Source: Octopus bimaculoides (lineage: Eukaryota). Taken from it: a DNA stretch of 32,416 nt. The notes under the pieces are model-generated. The model saw nothing but the letters and a program-made list of their open reading frames with translations. It was not told where the DNA came from and did not search any database. A program made the position numbers and the translations under genes. Positions within the stretch are counted from its first letter, which is position 1; each line of letters starts with the position of its first letter. The stretch spans positions 37,591,289-37,623,704 of the forward strand of contig NC_068999.1 in the NCBI RefSeq assembly GCF_001194135.2, read 5' to 3'. Below, in pieces: positions 1 to 11,220 of the stretch.

Positions 1-325
1 GGTTCAGCAAGCATTGCTTCGCCACACACCGAAAATTAGAAATTGCTGTTTTGGGAGATGTATTTTGGTAGAGAAATAGTAGTCTTGACTGTGGTGAAGC
101 AATACTTGCTGAACCTTAAATTTAAATTATGATTATATGTTTACCGATAATAGTTTTTTTAACAAACCGAACTACTTGGTAAAATTACTAATTGTTAATT
201 AATTATTAATTTTTACCCTATATCTGTATATATATATATTTTTCTCTATATATATAAATTATTCATAGAGCTCCAGGAGAGAAGACAAAGAGACAAAATA
301 AACTAGCAAAAAATTACTGGATAAT

Positions 326-380
326 TCCAAATCCCGGATTTCTGGCTCTGCATAAGAAATACTCTGCCTCCATCAGTGGA
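326..380 (-). ncRNA. Candidate minimal type I hammerhead ribozyme (Penelope-terminus-like), one core deviation
   Basis: The minus strand reads TCCA-CTGATG(G)A-GGC-AGA-GTAT-TTCTT-ATGC-AGA-GCC-A-GAAA-TCCGGGA-TT-TGGA. This gives stem I TCCA/TGGA, stem II GGC/GCC plus GTAT/ATGC, GAAA, and a near-palindromic stem III. Folded by eye. Confidence 0.45.
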
Positions 381-397
381 GTACACTCAGATAGCAC

Positions 398-435
398 ATC
401 ATCATCATCATCATTATCATCGTCGTCGTCGTCAC

Positions 436-518
<83 letters not shown>
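398..518. repeat. Compound microsatellite (ATC)n-(GTC)n-(ATT)n
   Basis: Seen directly; it produces the poly-N/D/Y ORFs at 314-585. Confidence 0.97.
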
Positions 519-521
<3 letters not shown>

Positions 522-735
522 CGGCCAGCTGGCAAAATCGTTAGCACACCGTTCGAAATGCTTAGCGGTATTTCGTCCGTCTTAACATTCTGAGTTCAAA
601 ATTCCGTCCTGATCGACTTCGCCTTTCATCTTTTCAGGATCGATAAAATACGTACCAGTTGAGTACTGGGGGTCGATATAATCGACTAACCCCTTTACCC
701 AAAATTTCAGGCCTTCTGCCTATTACAGAAAGGAT
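519..735 (+). mobile_element. tRNA-derived SINE, family A, near full length
   Basis: The head ggcggccagctggcaaaatcgttagc is A-box-like and gagttcaaaattcc is B-box-like. The body continues gatcgacttcgcctttcatc...gataaaatacgtaccagttgagtactggggg. It is collinear with the copies at 6965-7167 and 13645-13804 and is followed by (CAT)n. Confidence 0.9.
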
Positions 736-743
736 CATGATCG

Positions 744-776
<33 letters not shown>

Positions 777-854
777 CCATTGTTATTGGCATAATGGCAT
801 ACTGTGTAGAGGGTAAATAAATGATTTTGAATTTCTTCTAGTTCAGTTCTTCAC

Positions 855-995
855 ATGGTTAGTGTAGATTTCATCCTCTTCTTGGGTCGATAAAACAAAT
901 GACGATAAGTTTACTTGTTGACGACATTCAACCGAAGTTTTTCTCTCCCCCAAACTGTAGAATTATGGTCTTGTGCCAATGCTGAAAATCAATAA
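855..995 (+). mobile_element. Degenerate 3' part of SINE family A
   Basis: ttcatcctcttcttgggtcgataaaac...cccccaaa...ggtcttgtgccaat resembles the body and 3' end of the 519-735 copy. Confidence 0.5.
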
Positions 996-1239
996 TTTTA
1001 CTAGCATCAAGTTAAGATTCTTTCCATCAACTCGACAGAAAGCGACCTCTATTCACTCATAAAGATAAGAGTTGTAATTTGAATAAACAAACAGAAACTC
1101 ACGAAAATACAATAAAGAAAAAAAAACAAAAACAAATTTGCAAACATCACTCTGCCACCATGTCTTCATGTTTTCCCTTCCCTCTTTCCGTATCGTCTCC
1201 CTCTCTCTCTCTCCCTCTCTCTCTTACACAACTTTTTGG

Positions 1240-1290
<51 letters not shown>

Positions 1291-1505
1291 AGTAAGGATG
1301 TGAGTTACCTGTCGCTATGGTGAAAGTTAAAATTCTTATTGTAGGGCATAATGTTTACAAGGCAAAGGCGTTTTATGTTAGTCTTTCGGCGTCTTTGACA
1401 TGTTCATGCTTCTATATGCAACAGACATACAAAAAATAAACTTCTCCTGAACTCGATACGAAGTTTGCAGGGGGTGGGAATAATCTTATATGGTGATAAC
1501 TATTA

Positions 1506-1542
<37 letters not shown>

Positions 1543-2089
1543 GATAGATAAATAGATAGTTAGATAGATAGAGAGAGGAGGAGACAGACTGATAGGTAGA
1601 TAGATTGATAGATAGATAGATAATGACACAAGTGCCTAGATCTCTTGTCGCTTGAGTCCTCGTTGTTTCTGCTACATACTAATAAAATTATACTTATGCT
1701 CATATTTTGTTCTATTTTTCTTGCTTGTATCACTATACATACATGTATACATACATGCACACATATTTATGTATGTATAAATACCAGTACCATATATATT
1801 CTATATGAGTGGTTATATGTATGTCTTTGCGTATAATATGATTTTCAGTCGAAAAGGTTATGTTCCTACAATTTGAGGACAAGTTTCCATATTGAAAGAC
1901 CCGAGGCAATCTGAGTGATAGAGAATAATGTTTTGATATTGGTGCCATAAGTGGAACCCTCCGGAGAATTCTAAACTGTACAAATAGATTTATGATGAAT
2001 TTATAATAAAATCCAATATCCACTATATATAAATTGTAGATCGATTTCCCATAAGAATGGCCCATTGCTATTAAACGGTATTAAAGATT

Positions 2090-2259
2090 GCAAATATATG
2101 TATGTATTGTGTGTGTATGTATGTATGTATGTATGCATGTACGTATGTACGTATGTATGCATGCATGCATTTATGTATGTATGTTTGCACAGACACACAC
2201 ACTTGTATATTTGTAATATATATAATATATGTATATATAAATATGTATATATGTGTGTA

Positions 2260-2321
<62 letters not shown>

Positions 2322-2400
2322 CATATGCATACAGAAGAAAACGCATACTGACACACACACACACTCACATATCATACACACACATATGCATCTGATAATA
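2090..2400. repeat. (TATG)n/(TA)n/(CA)n microsatellite field
   Basis: Seen directly. Confidence 0.95.
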
Positions 2401-3344
2401 CGTGCGTATGTTTAGACGTCCATTAAGTCATTTATAAACTGTTGTATACGTTTATGTCTGTATATTTTCAAACATACGCACATTGTATGCGAGTTTGTAC
2501 GTGACTGTATCTCCGTTAAAACTGAAATACTCACACACACACACATACACACAAATACACACTTAAGTTGTATACATATATATATATATATATATAGGTC
2601 TACATGCATGCGTGTTCATATATATAATTGTGTGTATGAATGTGCTGTATATATAGTCATGTACTTATACATATAGTCTATTTGTCAATAACGATATTGC
2701 CTTATAATTAAAATTGTTAGAACGATAATTATTTTATCCCCAGGGAATCACCATCTATGTGACTCGATGTTATGAAGTGTTTGCTGTTAAAGACATCACG
2801 TATGAATGATAAAGACAGATATTCGTGTATTATCACTATCATTTTGGTCTTAAAAGAAATGAGAAAAGACTCAACGGTGAGGGTCACTAATCAGTTGCCC
2901 GTCTTCACAGAAAGACTGTTCAAATCCCCCTGAAATGATACAGCATGCTCTCGTGATATATATAGAAAAACGTATTTGCCAATGGAATCAGGAGAATATA
3001 AATATAGTGGGTGAAAGCGGGTAGGAAACTGATTATCCTAGAGCTAGCGATCACAATTTGTTCTTTAATTGTATCAATCTACAAACTGAGGAAGTTTATC
3101 TCGTCTACACATGCACGTAGACAAGATAAATCTACTCAATACATGAAATAAAGCAGAAAAACTATAATTTCCCTTTTATCTATTAAATATTCGCAATTAT
3201 TCTTTTATAAACGATAAATACACTTCTAAGGAACATCTTTAATTAGTTTCGAAAATTTCTACAAATGGTCAGTTTCCTTTATTTTTAGAATGTCGGGCTC
3301 CTTCTAAAGAGCGTTCCATCACCAATCTTAATTTTGCTTGACTT

Positions 3345-3490
3345 ACATCCCTGTTACATGGCGGTTCGTCCGGCAGAATAAGAACCTGACGTTAAAAATA
3401 TCAGTACTGAAGACGTTTTGCTCGACCAAATATTTTAAGCGGTGTCCCAGCATGGCTGCACTCCCATGACTGAAACATGTGAAGATAAAG
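3345..3490 (+). mobile_element. 3' part of a second SINE-like family (family B)
   Basis: tacatccctgttacatggcggttcg...gctcgacc...gcggtgtcccagcatggctgca...tgactgaaaca...aagataaag matches, from memory, an abundant octopod repeat ending in cagcatggc...tgactgaaacaag. Not verified by search. Confidence 0.5.
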
Positions 3491-4194
3491 TGATTTGCTA
3501 AGAGGCAAGTAATAAATCATTCTTAAAACCCTGTCTTCCTGTAGGATTATTACTCATGTGTCTCCATATCACTGATATTACTTAGGAGACACGGAAAGGT
3601 ATAAATGGAGCTACTCTCGCTAACATATGGCTCGAGTTACGTCCAGAAGTCACCTATTTCTTCATTATATAAACTATATTATAAGATGTGCGATATCGCG
3701 TTTTCAAGCGCCGAAATCGTAATGATTCTTGATAATAACCCGGCTTGCGAAACGGATTTATCCATGTCAGCTTATTGACCTATCCGTTAATTGTTGGATT
3801 CCTTCACTATTATTTACATTACTCTTTTTAGCGTCTATAATTTTCATCACAGCGTTTCTTTTTCCTACTGTGACTTTAATTGTCGTTTCTTTCCTCTAAG
3901 ACGCTTTCCTTTCAATCTCAAGATTCTTTCTGTGTCATTTCGATAACAAATTCAACGGCTATACACCTATGCTTCTGTCTTCGACTTACTTTTCTTTTTT
4001 CAGTCTTCTGTGTTTTTTCAATCCTGAGAACTCGTCTGTTTTAATAGTTTTCAAATAAACTGCACCGCGTTTTTTTTAGAGCGGATGTCATAATTCTGCG
4101 TAACAGCAAATATAGTGACATCGATGCATCAACGTTTGATAATTGCCCCTTCCGTTGATTAACGTTCATGTATTTAACTATTATTTATATGTAA

Positions 4195-4198
<4 letters not shown>

Positions 4199-4239
<41 letters not shown>

Positions 4240-4540
4240 CTATCTATCTATCTGTCTATCTATCTATCCAGCTAACTAACAGTTTATCCATTGCTATATA
4301 TATATATATACAGGTAAGTATATGTGTATATATATATATATATGTTAGCATGTATATATGTGTCTATATACATTAAACATATCTATATGTATTTTCATTG
4401 ATACGTAGTCATGCATTCATGTATGTATGCATGTATGTACATGTATACATTCATACATACATACGTACATATATATGCACATATACATATATATTTATCC
4501 TTGTATATGTGTATGGTTACATAATTTATAATGTTCAATT
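4199..4540. repeat. (CT)n-(TATC)n-(TA)n-(TACA)n microsatellite field
   Basis: Seen directly. Confidence 0.95.
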
Positions 4541-4827
4541 AACCTTGTGCTTGACTGTAATCCTGACTGGATTAAGAGGAAACGACTGATTACTGGTGAA
4601 TACTTTATATTCATCCGGAGGATCATTCATAAATTGGAAGAGAAGAAATTTATCACGTGTTAGAAGGTTGAAATACGACACTGTTCTAGATTTTAATGCT
4701 AATAGATGAGGTGACTGAAATAGTTACGTATTTAGACAGATTGATGGTCAAATGGATATATAACTAGGGAGATGTTTGGGTAGAGGGGCTAGTTGTTATA
4801 TTGACAGCTGGTTATATTGGTTGATAG

Positions 4828-4884
<57 letters not shown>

Positions 4885-5061
4885 TGAGAAAAGAGTGAGA
4901 AAGTGAGAGAGAGAAGCAAGTAGATATAAAAACGGATAAAGATTTAGAGAAAGGAAGCCGAGACAGATTTATAGATGGAGAGATAGGTTGACAGGTGGAG
5001 GGGTAAATTGATAAATAAATGAATAGCTATCTATCTATCTATCTATCTATCTATTTCTCTT

Positions 5062-5103
<42 letters not shown>

Positions 5104-5454
5104 NNNNNNNNNNNNNNNNNNNNNNNNNNNNNNNNNNNNNNNNNNNNNNNNNNNNNNNNNNNNNNNNNNNNNNNNNNNNNNNNNNNNNNNNNNNNNNNNN
5201 NNNNNNNNNNNNNNNNNNNNNNNNNNNNNNNNNNNNNNNNNNNNNNNNNNNNNNNNNNNNNNNNNNNNNNNNNNNNNNNNNNNNNNNNNNNNNNNNNNNN
5301 NNNNNNNNNNNNNNNNNNNNNNNNNNNNNNNNNNNNNNNNNNNNNNNNNNNNNNNNNNNNNNNNNNNNNNNNNNNNNNNNNNNNNNNNNNNNNNNNNNNN
5401 NNNNNNNNNNNNNNNNNNNNNNNNNNNNNNNNNNNNNNNNNNNNNNNNNNNNNN
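5104..5454. other. Assembly gap (N-run)
   Basis: 351 N bases, preceded by (CT)n. Confidence 1.
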
Positions 5455-5755
5455 GGGGCATCATAGCAATGTGCTGAGAGGAATTCTTTGAGGTCTGAAT
5501 TATTCATCTCTGGAAACATGGGTGTTTTGTTCATCATCCTTAAACAAACCTTCTTCAGGGATCTTTTGAGCAGGGTGGGTTACTCGACCTGAAGAAAATT
5601 CTAACTGGGCCCCCACCTGCAAGGTCATGCGCCGTTTATCTTGATATAAAAATCACCATGCCGCGCACATATGGTTGTGATGCATATGCCTGGTGTACGC
5701 TTCGTATAATTGTACCCAGTGTCACTTTGATGGCATGCGCTGCTCTGTCACTCAA
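5455..5755 (+). mobile_element. Unclassified interspersed repeat, copy 1 (5' end lost in the gap)
   Basis: Collinear with 14991-15316 (ctggaaacat, catccttaaaca, aaaattctaactgggcccc, gatcaccatg-like, cccagtgtcactttgatggca). It lacks about 35 bp present in copy 2. Confidence 0.85.
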
Positions 5756-6034
5756 AAAGAGAGAGAAAGAGAGAGAAAGAGAGAGAGTGAGAGAGAGAGT
5801 GAGAGAAAATGAGAGAGAGTGAGAGAGTGTGGGAGAGAGAGAGAAAGAGAGAGTGAGCAGTAAATTAGAGACATGTTAATGAAATAAATTTACAAGAAAA
5901 ATTGATATATGTTGTTGGATAATTGTTTTGTTTCCTGGATTTTCGGAGCTGTTGAAGTGCACAATACTCCTGAAGAGGAGACAGATCCGTGGCAGGGTGG
6001 AGTTCCCAACAGGTGCTTCAACGCATTTGATGCT

Positions 6035-6142
6035 GGAGTAAAGTTTAATGAAGTGTTTTGCTCAAGAACACAACGCTCCACCCTTCCCGGGAATCGAATC
6101 CATGATCTTATGATCATGCATGACTACTAAGCGACACGCTTT
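6035..6142 (-). mobile_element. tRNA-derived SINE, family C, head and part of core
   Basis: gggaatcgaatcc is the reverse complement of a B-box-like GGATTCGATTCCC. The adjacent aagtgttttgctcaagaacacaac is a SINE core-type motif. Confidence 0.7.
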
Positions 6143-6964
6143 CCCTGATGAAACACTTGGGAGTGCAGTTGGATACAAATTGGTTCAGCAGGAAATCTGA
6201 ATATGTCAGTATTCGGAGATATAAGAGTTCCATAAGTACATTTCTTTCATTGGAAGTTTTACGGCAGCTCTGTAATATATGTTATCATCGGATTCTTCCC
6301 CCTTATTTGCGTTGGAACTGCCTTAGCTGGGGGTGTGGCTTGGAACAAACATGTTCCAGGATCTTGGTAAAAACTATATAAGTTCTACGAATGTGCAGCT
6401 TAGTTCACAAACATTCACGCTTATAGGCATACGAAGACATTTATAAATGTACACGCACACACACAGGCATATATATGTTTACACACATACATACATGCAT
6501 GCATGCACACAAAATACAAACATACATAGGCACACACGCATACGCACACATGTTCTCTTCAGTAAGCGGAACGTCTGCAAAACAATTCTACAATTTCAAG
6601 AATAATAAAAACAAAACAAAGTAATGAAGTAAAAATTCATTGAAGAAATCAGCATTTCTTGTTTTAACAAAATTATAAGAGTCATGTGGGATTTGATTTG
6701 TCGAAATTTCGCAAAAGTGATTTTTTTAATGTTTTTATTTTATTTATTTCCTTATTCCATGTTTACTTGTCTACTTTAGTTTTCCCTCTGTTCTTTCATT
6801 TTGATTTTGTCTTCAGAACTGTCTGCTTAGATTTTTTCTTCATTAAGTTTCCTTATTATTTACTGTTGCTGTTACTCTAAATAAAAGACAAAAATTTTAT
6901 CTTAACTTAGCGCTCAATACTGAAACTAATCAAACGTAAGTTACGTCAATCCTTGTATATTCAT

Positions 6965-7167
6965 TTCTGCTCTAACCACAAGGCCCGAAATTTGGGGGGA
7001 ATCGATTAGATCGATCCCAGTACGCAACTGGTACTTATTTTATCGACCCCGAGAGGATGAAATGCAAAGTCGACCTCGGCGGAATTTGAACTCAGAACGT
7101 AAAGACAGACGAAATACTGCTAAGCATTTCGCCTGGAGTGCTAACGTTTCTGTTAGCTCGCCGCCTT
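6965..7167 (-). mobile_element. tRNA-derived SINE, family A, near full length and well preserved
   Basis: Reverse complement of the 519-735 copy along its whole length (gtcgacctcggcggaatttgaactcagaac...gctaagcatttcgcc...gctcgccgcctt). Confidence 0.92.
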
Positions 7168-7944
7168 GCCAATCCTTGTATATTAAATAAATGATTATCT
7201 TGCATGTGGTCTGGTGAATGCTAACAAGTTGCTGGGCCAAGCTTCACTAAGCACGTTTATCAGACTGAAACTTCAACACTATTACCACCGTATGTTTTAA
7301 AAGAAATATGGCTTAATCAGCATAATGATTCCTGAATTCAACGCTATTTCAGAATCCACAAGAGTGTTGGACGTAAGTAAGAAATTATCCTCATATCAAA
7401 GACGAAATCTAAAACTTTGCAACAGAGCAGGTTCCCCTAATGGCACACAATGCATTAAACCAATTCTCATATTAAGTCTCTTTGCCACTGAATGAAATTA
7501 AATAATTAGTCTTCGAGATAATATTTCCCTTTTCCTCAATTCATGTATGCACAATGCTGCTCTAAATTTCAAAGTTGTCTTCTCTTTGATTTGAATAGAT
7601 TTGATTAAAAGTTATTCATTGACTTCTTGTCAATACGCTCATTTTAATCAAATGAATTTTCTTTTGCTCATTCTCTTAATTTGGTTGTTAACAGTCGTTA
7701 ACAACCAAGTAACAATAAGTTAAGCTTCCAAGAAATTCTGGAGTGTTTCGCTCTGATGAAGAGGATCTTTACTTTATGTTGACCAACGCTTCTGTGCTTC
7801 AATGTAAGCCAACTATATAAGCTAAACATTTAGAGTGCATCAGTAGTTAATATAACTGGATCTTCATATAACTGAGAAATATTCTCTCTGGTTACCGATT
7901 GAACAACCAGGATTAGATTAGTCAAGAGAACAACAATAATAATG

Positions 7945-8095
7945 GCCTCTGTTTTGGACTCATAACCAGCCATTTTGAGTGTAGCAGTATAGACGATACC
8001 TCGATCCAAGTATATGACAGATATTTTAATTCACCGAAGATGGAAGTTCGTCCCCGGAAGGATGGAAGCAGATTTAACTTCAGGAGTAAACAATA
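7945..8095 (-). mobile_element. Old degenerate SINE family A
   Basis: ccagccattttg...tagacgatacctcgatccaagtatatgacag...ccccggaaggatgga resembles the 6965-7167 copy. Confidence 0.5.
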
Positions 8096-8109
8096 ATATT
8101 GGTGACTGT

Positions 8110-8400
8110 ATTTAGAATACCCATAAGTTGGCTTCCTTGAAGCTGTTGACCAGACTGGTCTATTCTTCGGCCTTCAACACGTGTGCCTTTTCTGTTATAA
8201 TTTCAAACAACAGGGTGAGTACAATCAAAATCAGTTGTTTTGGTGAACTGGAATGACGTCCGATATCAAGGCGTCAAACCACTCTTCCACAGAATTTCTG
8301 GTTGTTTTCTTCATGCTGGGATGTCTGCTGAGTCATCCAAACCACTCAGGAGATTCCATTCCCGCCCCGTACGGCATAGCTGCCCTCGCCATGGTTTACC
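8110..8400 (-). mobile_element. Possible degraded RTE-clade LINE ORF 3' end
   Basis: Minus-strand translation gives EWFG*LSR, then EEWFDALISDV, then (P)KNRPVWSTASRKPT. This order matches the RTE C-terminal WFGHVxR ... WxDxVxxD ... AxDRxxWR pattern. Judged by eye. Confidence 0.35.
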
Positions 8401-8651
8401 GCTTCCTGCATTGTATTTTTGTTCAGCGAGCGGCCAACTAGATCTGGGCCGACTACCACGTCAAGGATCGACAATGACAACAACAATAATAACAAATCTA
8501 ATAACAAATCTAATAATAGCAACAACGACTGCAACAACTACAGCACTCGTAACAAGTATTGAAAATCGATCTAATGACAGAATAGCTCTAACGATGGAGC
8601 ATCCTAAGAGATGACGTTCAGCCAGTTAGACATAATAGCAAGATTCTTCAC

Positions 8652-8715
8652 ATCACACACACACACACACAGACACATACACACGTGTACACACACACGC
8701 ACACACACATGCACG

Positions 8716-8755
<40 letters not shown>

Positions 8756-8767
8756 AACACACACACT
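8652..8767. repeat. (CA)n microsatellite
   Basis: Seen directly. Confidence 0.97.
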
Positions 8768-9514
8768 GCGCTTATCTTAAGGAAAAGACACGTTAGATAA
8801 TGTAGTCCCAGTTATCTCTAAAAAATGTCACGTTGGAATGCCTGTGGCCATAGTTCTACTTAATCAGGATTGACTTTAGGCTAAACAAAAACCAAAACAA
8901 CAACAACAACAGTAAAGGCAGCAACAACAATAGCATCTAAAACAACAAGAATAAAAACAATAACTCTTAACAATTTATGGCTAATCATAAAATGTCCTAA
9001 TTACAATATGGTGTAAAAACCGTGGCATCTCTCTGTAGTTTCAGGAATCAAGAAAGAGCTGCCTTTCAAGAAAATGGATTAAGAAGACTAAAAGATGAAG
9101 TTGCAGGAAGAATTTATTTAAAAAAACAATTGCTTTACGAAATAACATAAATTCTATTATTAAAATAAAATTAAAAACAAAAACAAATTCTTTCTGAATC
9201 CAATAAATAATTCCATCTATGTAGATGTGTGCGTGTATGCGAATATATGTGTATGTGTATGCATATATCTGTATATATTCATATGTGTATACGGGTCTGT
9301 GTGCGGATAGAGATGTATTTATATGTGTGCGTATGTATGCATGTGTGTGTGTGTATGTGTATGTATATATATATATATGCACGAATATATATGCTCACAC
9401 ATATATGTATATATATGTATGCACACACACCCACACACACTCACACACACACATATATATTAGGTATAATATATATATACACATTCACAATCATACACAC
9501 GCACACACATCACA

Positions 9515-10075
9515 GAAGTTCTGGGGTGCATCATCAAAGACATTTCTGCGCTTTTATGAGGTTTCGACTGTTTCAACATCGGACTCCTTCGCTCACTGAG
9601 TTTTAGTTGACAAAGCCAGGATTAATCTACTTCTACGTGTGTTCATCCTGGGACACAATCAGTTCTCAAATGATCAGCTGTTTAATGGAATCTGAGTACA
9701 TTCCTCCGCTTGTGTGGCGTGCCGTTGGTGTGATATGCTCCAGGGAATGTAAGTCTTTAATGAGATCCGTTGTTTGCTGCTAAATACAGTCGTTGATGTT
9801 TCAGTGTAGTGAGTTCTCTCTAGCTCTGAGAAAACTGATTGGCTTCCATTCTGTGGACAGAAAAGTCCTTGTTACAAATTGCACAAAACTGTTGAACAAA
9901 TGGTTATGTCTCCAGAGTAGAAGCTATCGGATGAGGAGTCTGGGATAGATGTTAAAGGGGTCCTCTTTCAGTACGGAAGGGACAGAAAGGTGGTGTACTC
10001 CTGCCTCGTGTATGAAGATTTGTGATTTAGTAAGATGTAGACAGCCTGTATCAGGAAGCTGAAGGTAATTCCCAC
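9515..10075 (-). mobile_element. Probable degraded Penelope-like element 3' end (GIY-YIG region plus terminal repeat)
   Basis: Across frameshifts the minus strand gives FCPF..GP (9958-9987), CAIC (about 9873-9886) and PTARH (9714-9728), in the order of the PLE CxxC..GP..CxxC..PVAxH motifs. Two hammerhead-like motifs follow at 9515-9585. The YIG residues are not recognisable. Confidence 0.45.
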
Positions 10076-10221
10076 CAAGCTTATCTGTGTGTGTAAATGT
10101 GTATATATGTGTGTGCATGTATATGTGTATATATAAATGTGTATGTATGTATATATCTACACACGCACGTGCATACACACACACACACGCACACACACAC
10201 GTACACATACACATACGTACA

Positions 10222-10265
<44 letters not shown>

Positions 10266-10301
10266 NNNNNNNNNNNNNNNNNNNNNNNNNNNNNNNNNNN
10301 N
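10266..10301. other. Assembly gap (N-run)
   Basis: 36 N bases between (CA)n and (TA)n. Confidence 1.
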
Positions 10302-10399
10302 ATATATATATATATATATATACGTAAAAGCAACGAGCATTGGCGTTTGCCACCATTCCTTCCTTTCTCGACCGAATCGTTACAATGTTTGAGAATTGA

Positions 10400-10535
10400 C
10401 TTGCACTATTTATCTCAGTTCTTTACACTCTAAGTCCAAACTCCATCAGGTTTGTGTTGATACGCCTGGGATGTGATAAAATAAAGTACCAGTCACATAC
10501 TGGACATATATAGCTGCTGTCCTCTCCCCAAACAC
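10400..10535 (+). mobile_element. Degenerate SINE family A
   Basis: ctctaagtccaaactcc is B-box-like and gataaaataaagtaccagtcacatactgg matches the family body. Confidence 0.55.
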
Positions 10536-10651
10536 TCAGTCAAACTGTAACATCTCTTATCTTTCACTCGCCCCAGGGGCGTATCTCGGCAAGTGATTGT
10601 AACAAACATGCAGATTAAAAATAAAAATAATAATGATAATAATACACTGAT

Positions 10652-11110
10652 AAGTGTTATGAACATGAACCTATTAAAGTGCTAGATAGTAAGAAGTATA
10701 AGATGTGGGATTTTAACATTCAGATGGACAGAGTGATATAAGCTAGAAACATTGTTATGTAGTAGTAGGCAAAGAAAACAGAAAGTGTTAGATAATTGAC
10801 TTTACAGTCCCAGATGATGAGAAAGTCAATATGAGAGATATAAAGAAAATTGCAAAGTACCAGGACCTAGGGATTGAATTACAGGGACTATGGAAAGTGC
10901 GGTTAAAATGTATTCCTGTAACTATAGATGCATTAGTGTCTACCCCTGAAGATTTGAACTGGCAGATAGAGGAAATAGGCATAAAAAAAAAACTACTTAG
11001 TGCAGCTCCAGAAAACAGTACTATTAGAGACAGTTAGGATGTTAAGAAGGTTCTTGGCATCTAAGGTTACCTGTTGTAGCCTGATGTTAGGAATATTTTC
11101 CAATCTAATC
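10652..11110 (+). mobile_element. 5'-truncated RLE-type non-LTR retrotransposon fossil (R4/Dong/HERO-like): restriction-like endonuclease domain and 3' end
   Basis: Translation across stops and frameshifts: KCYEHEPIKVL..KMWDFNIQMDRVI*AR / VVVGKENRKC*IIDFTVPDDEKV...KIAKYQDLGIELQGLWKVRLKCIPVTIDAL... / LQKTVLLETVRMLRRFL. These match the WDF, D..VP, KY.DL, IP and LQK..LLGT motifs. Confidence 0.92.
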
Positions 11111-11130
11111 TGTTGTGCGTATAGCATTAC

Positions 11131-11220
11131 TTTATTTTATCTTTTAGGAAAGACAAGGTTAACCTCTTCGGGATTTGAACTCGGAACGTAAAACCCCGGA
11201 ATAAATACTGCAGAGCATTT
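11131..11220 (-). mobile_element. SINE family A, head fragment
   Basis: ggatttgaactcggaacgtaaa...aatactgcagagcattt is homologous to 7085-7130. Confidence 0.7.

Noticed and set aside
3560-3990. Possible degraded L1/Tx1 endonuclease on the minus strand (…DFWT*LEPYV…)
   Set aside because: Only one loose motif amid many stops; not supportable without a search.
6145-6175. Perfect CTGATGA hammerhead core
   Set aside because: No GAAA follows the candidate stem II.
6242-6370. Hydrophobic plus-strand reading VIIGFFPLICVGTALAGGVAW suggesting a transmembrane exon
   Set aside because: It is bounded by stops and has no good acceptor. The opposite strand faintly resembles an RTE AP-endonuclease, but too weakly to call.
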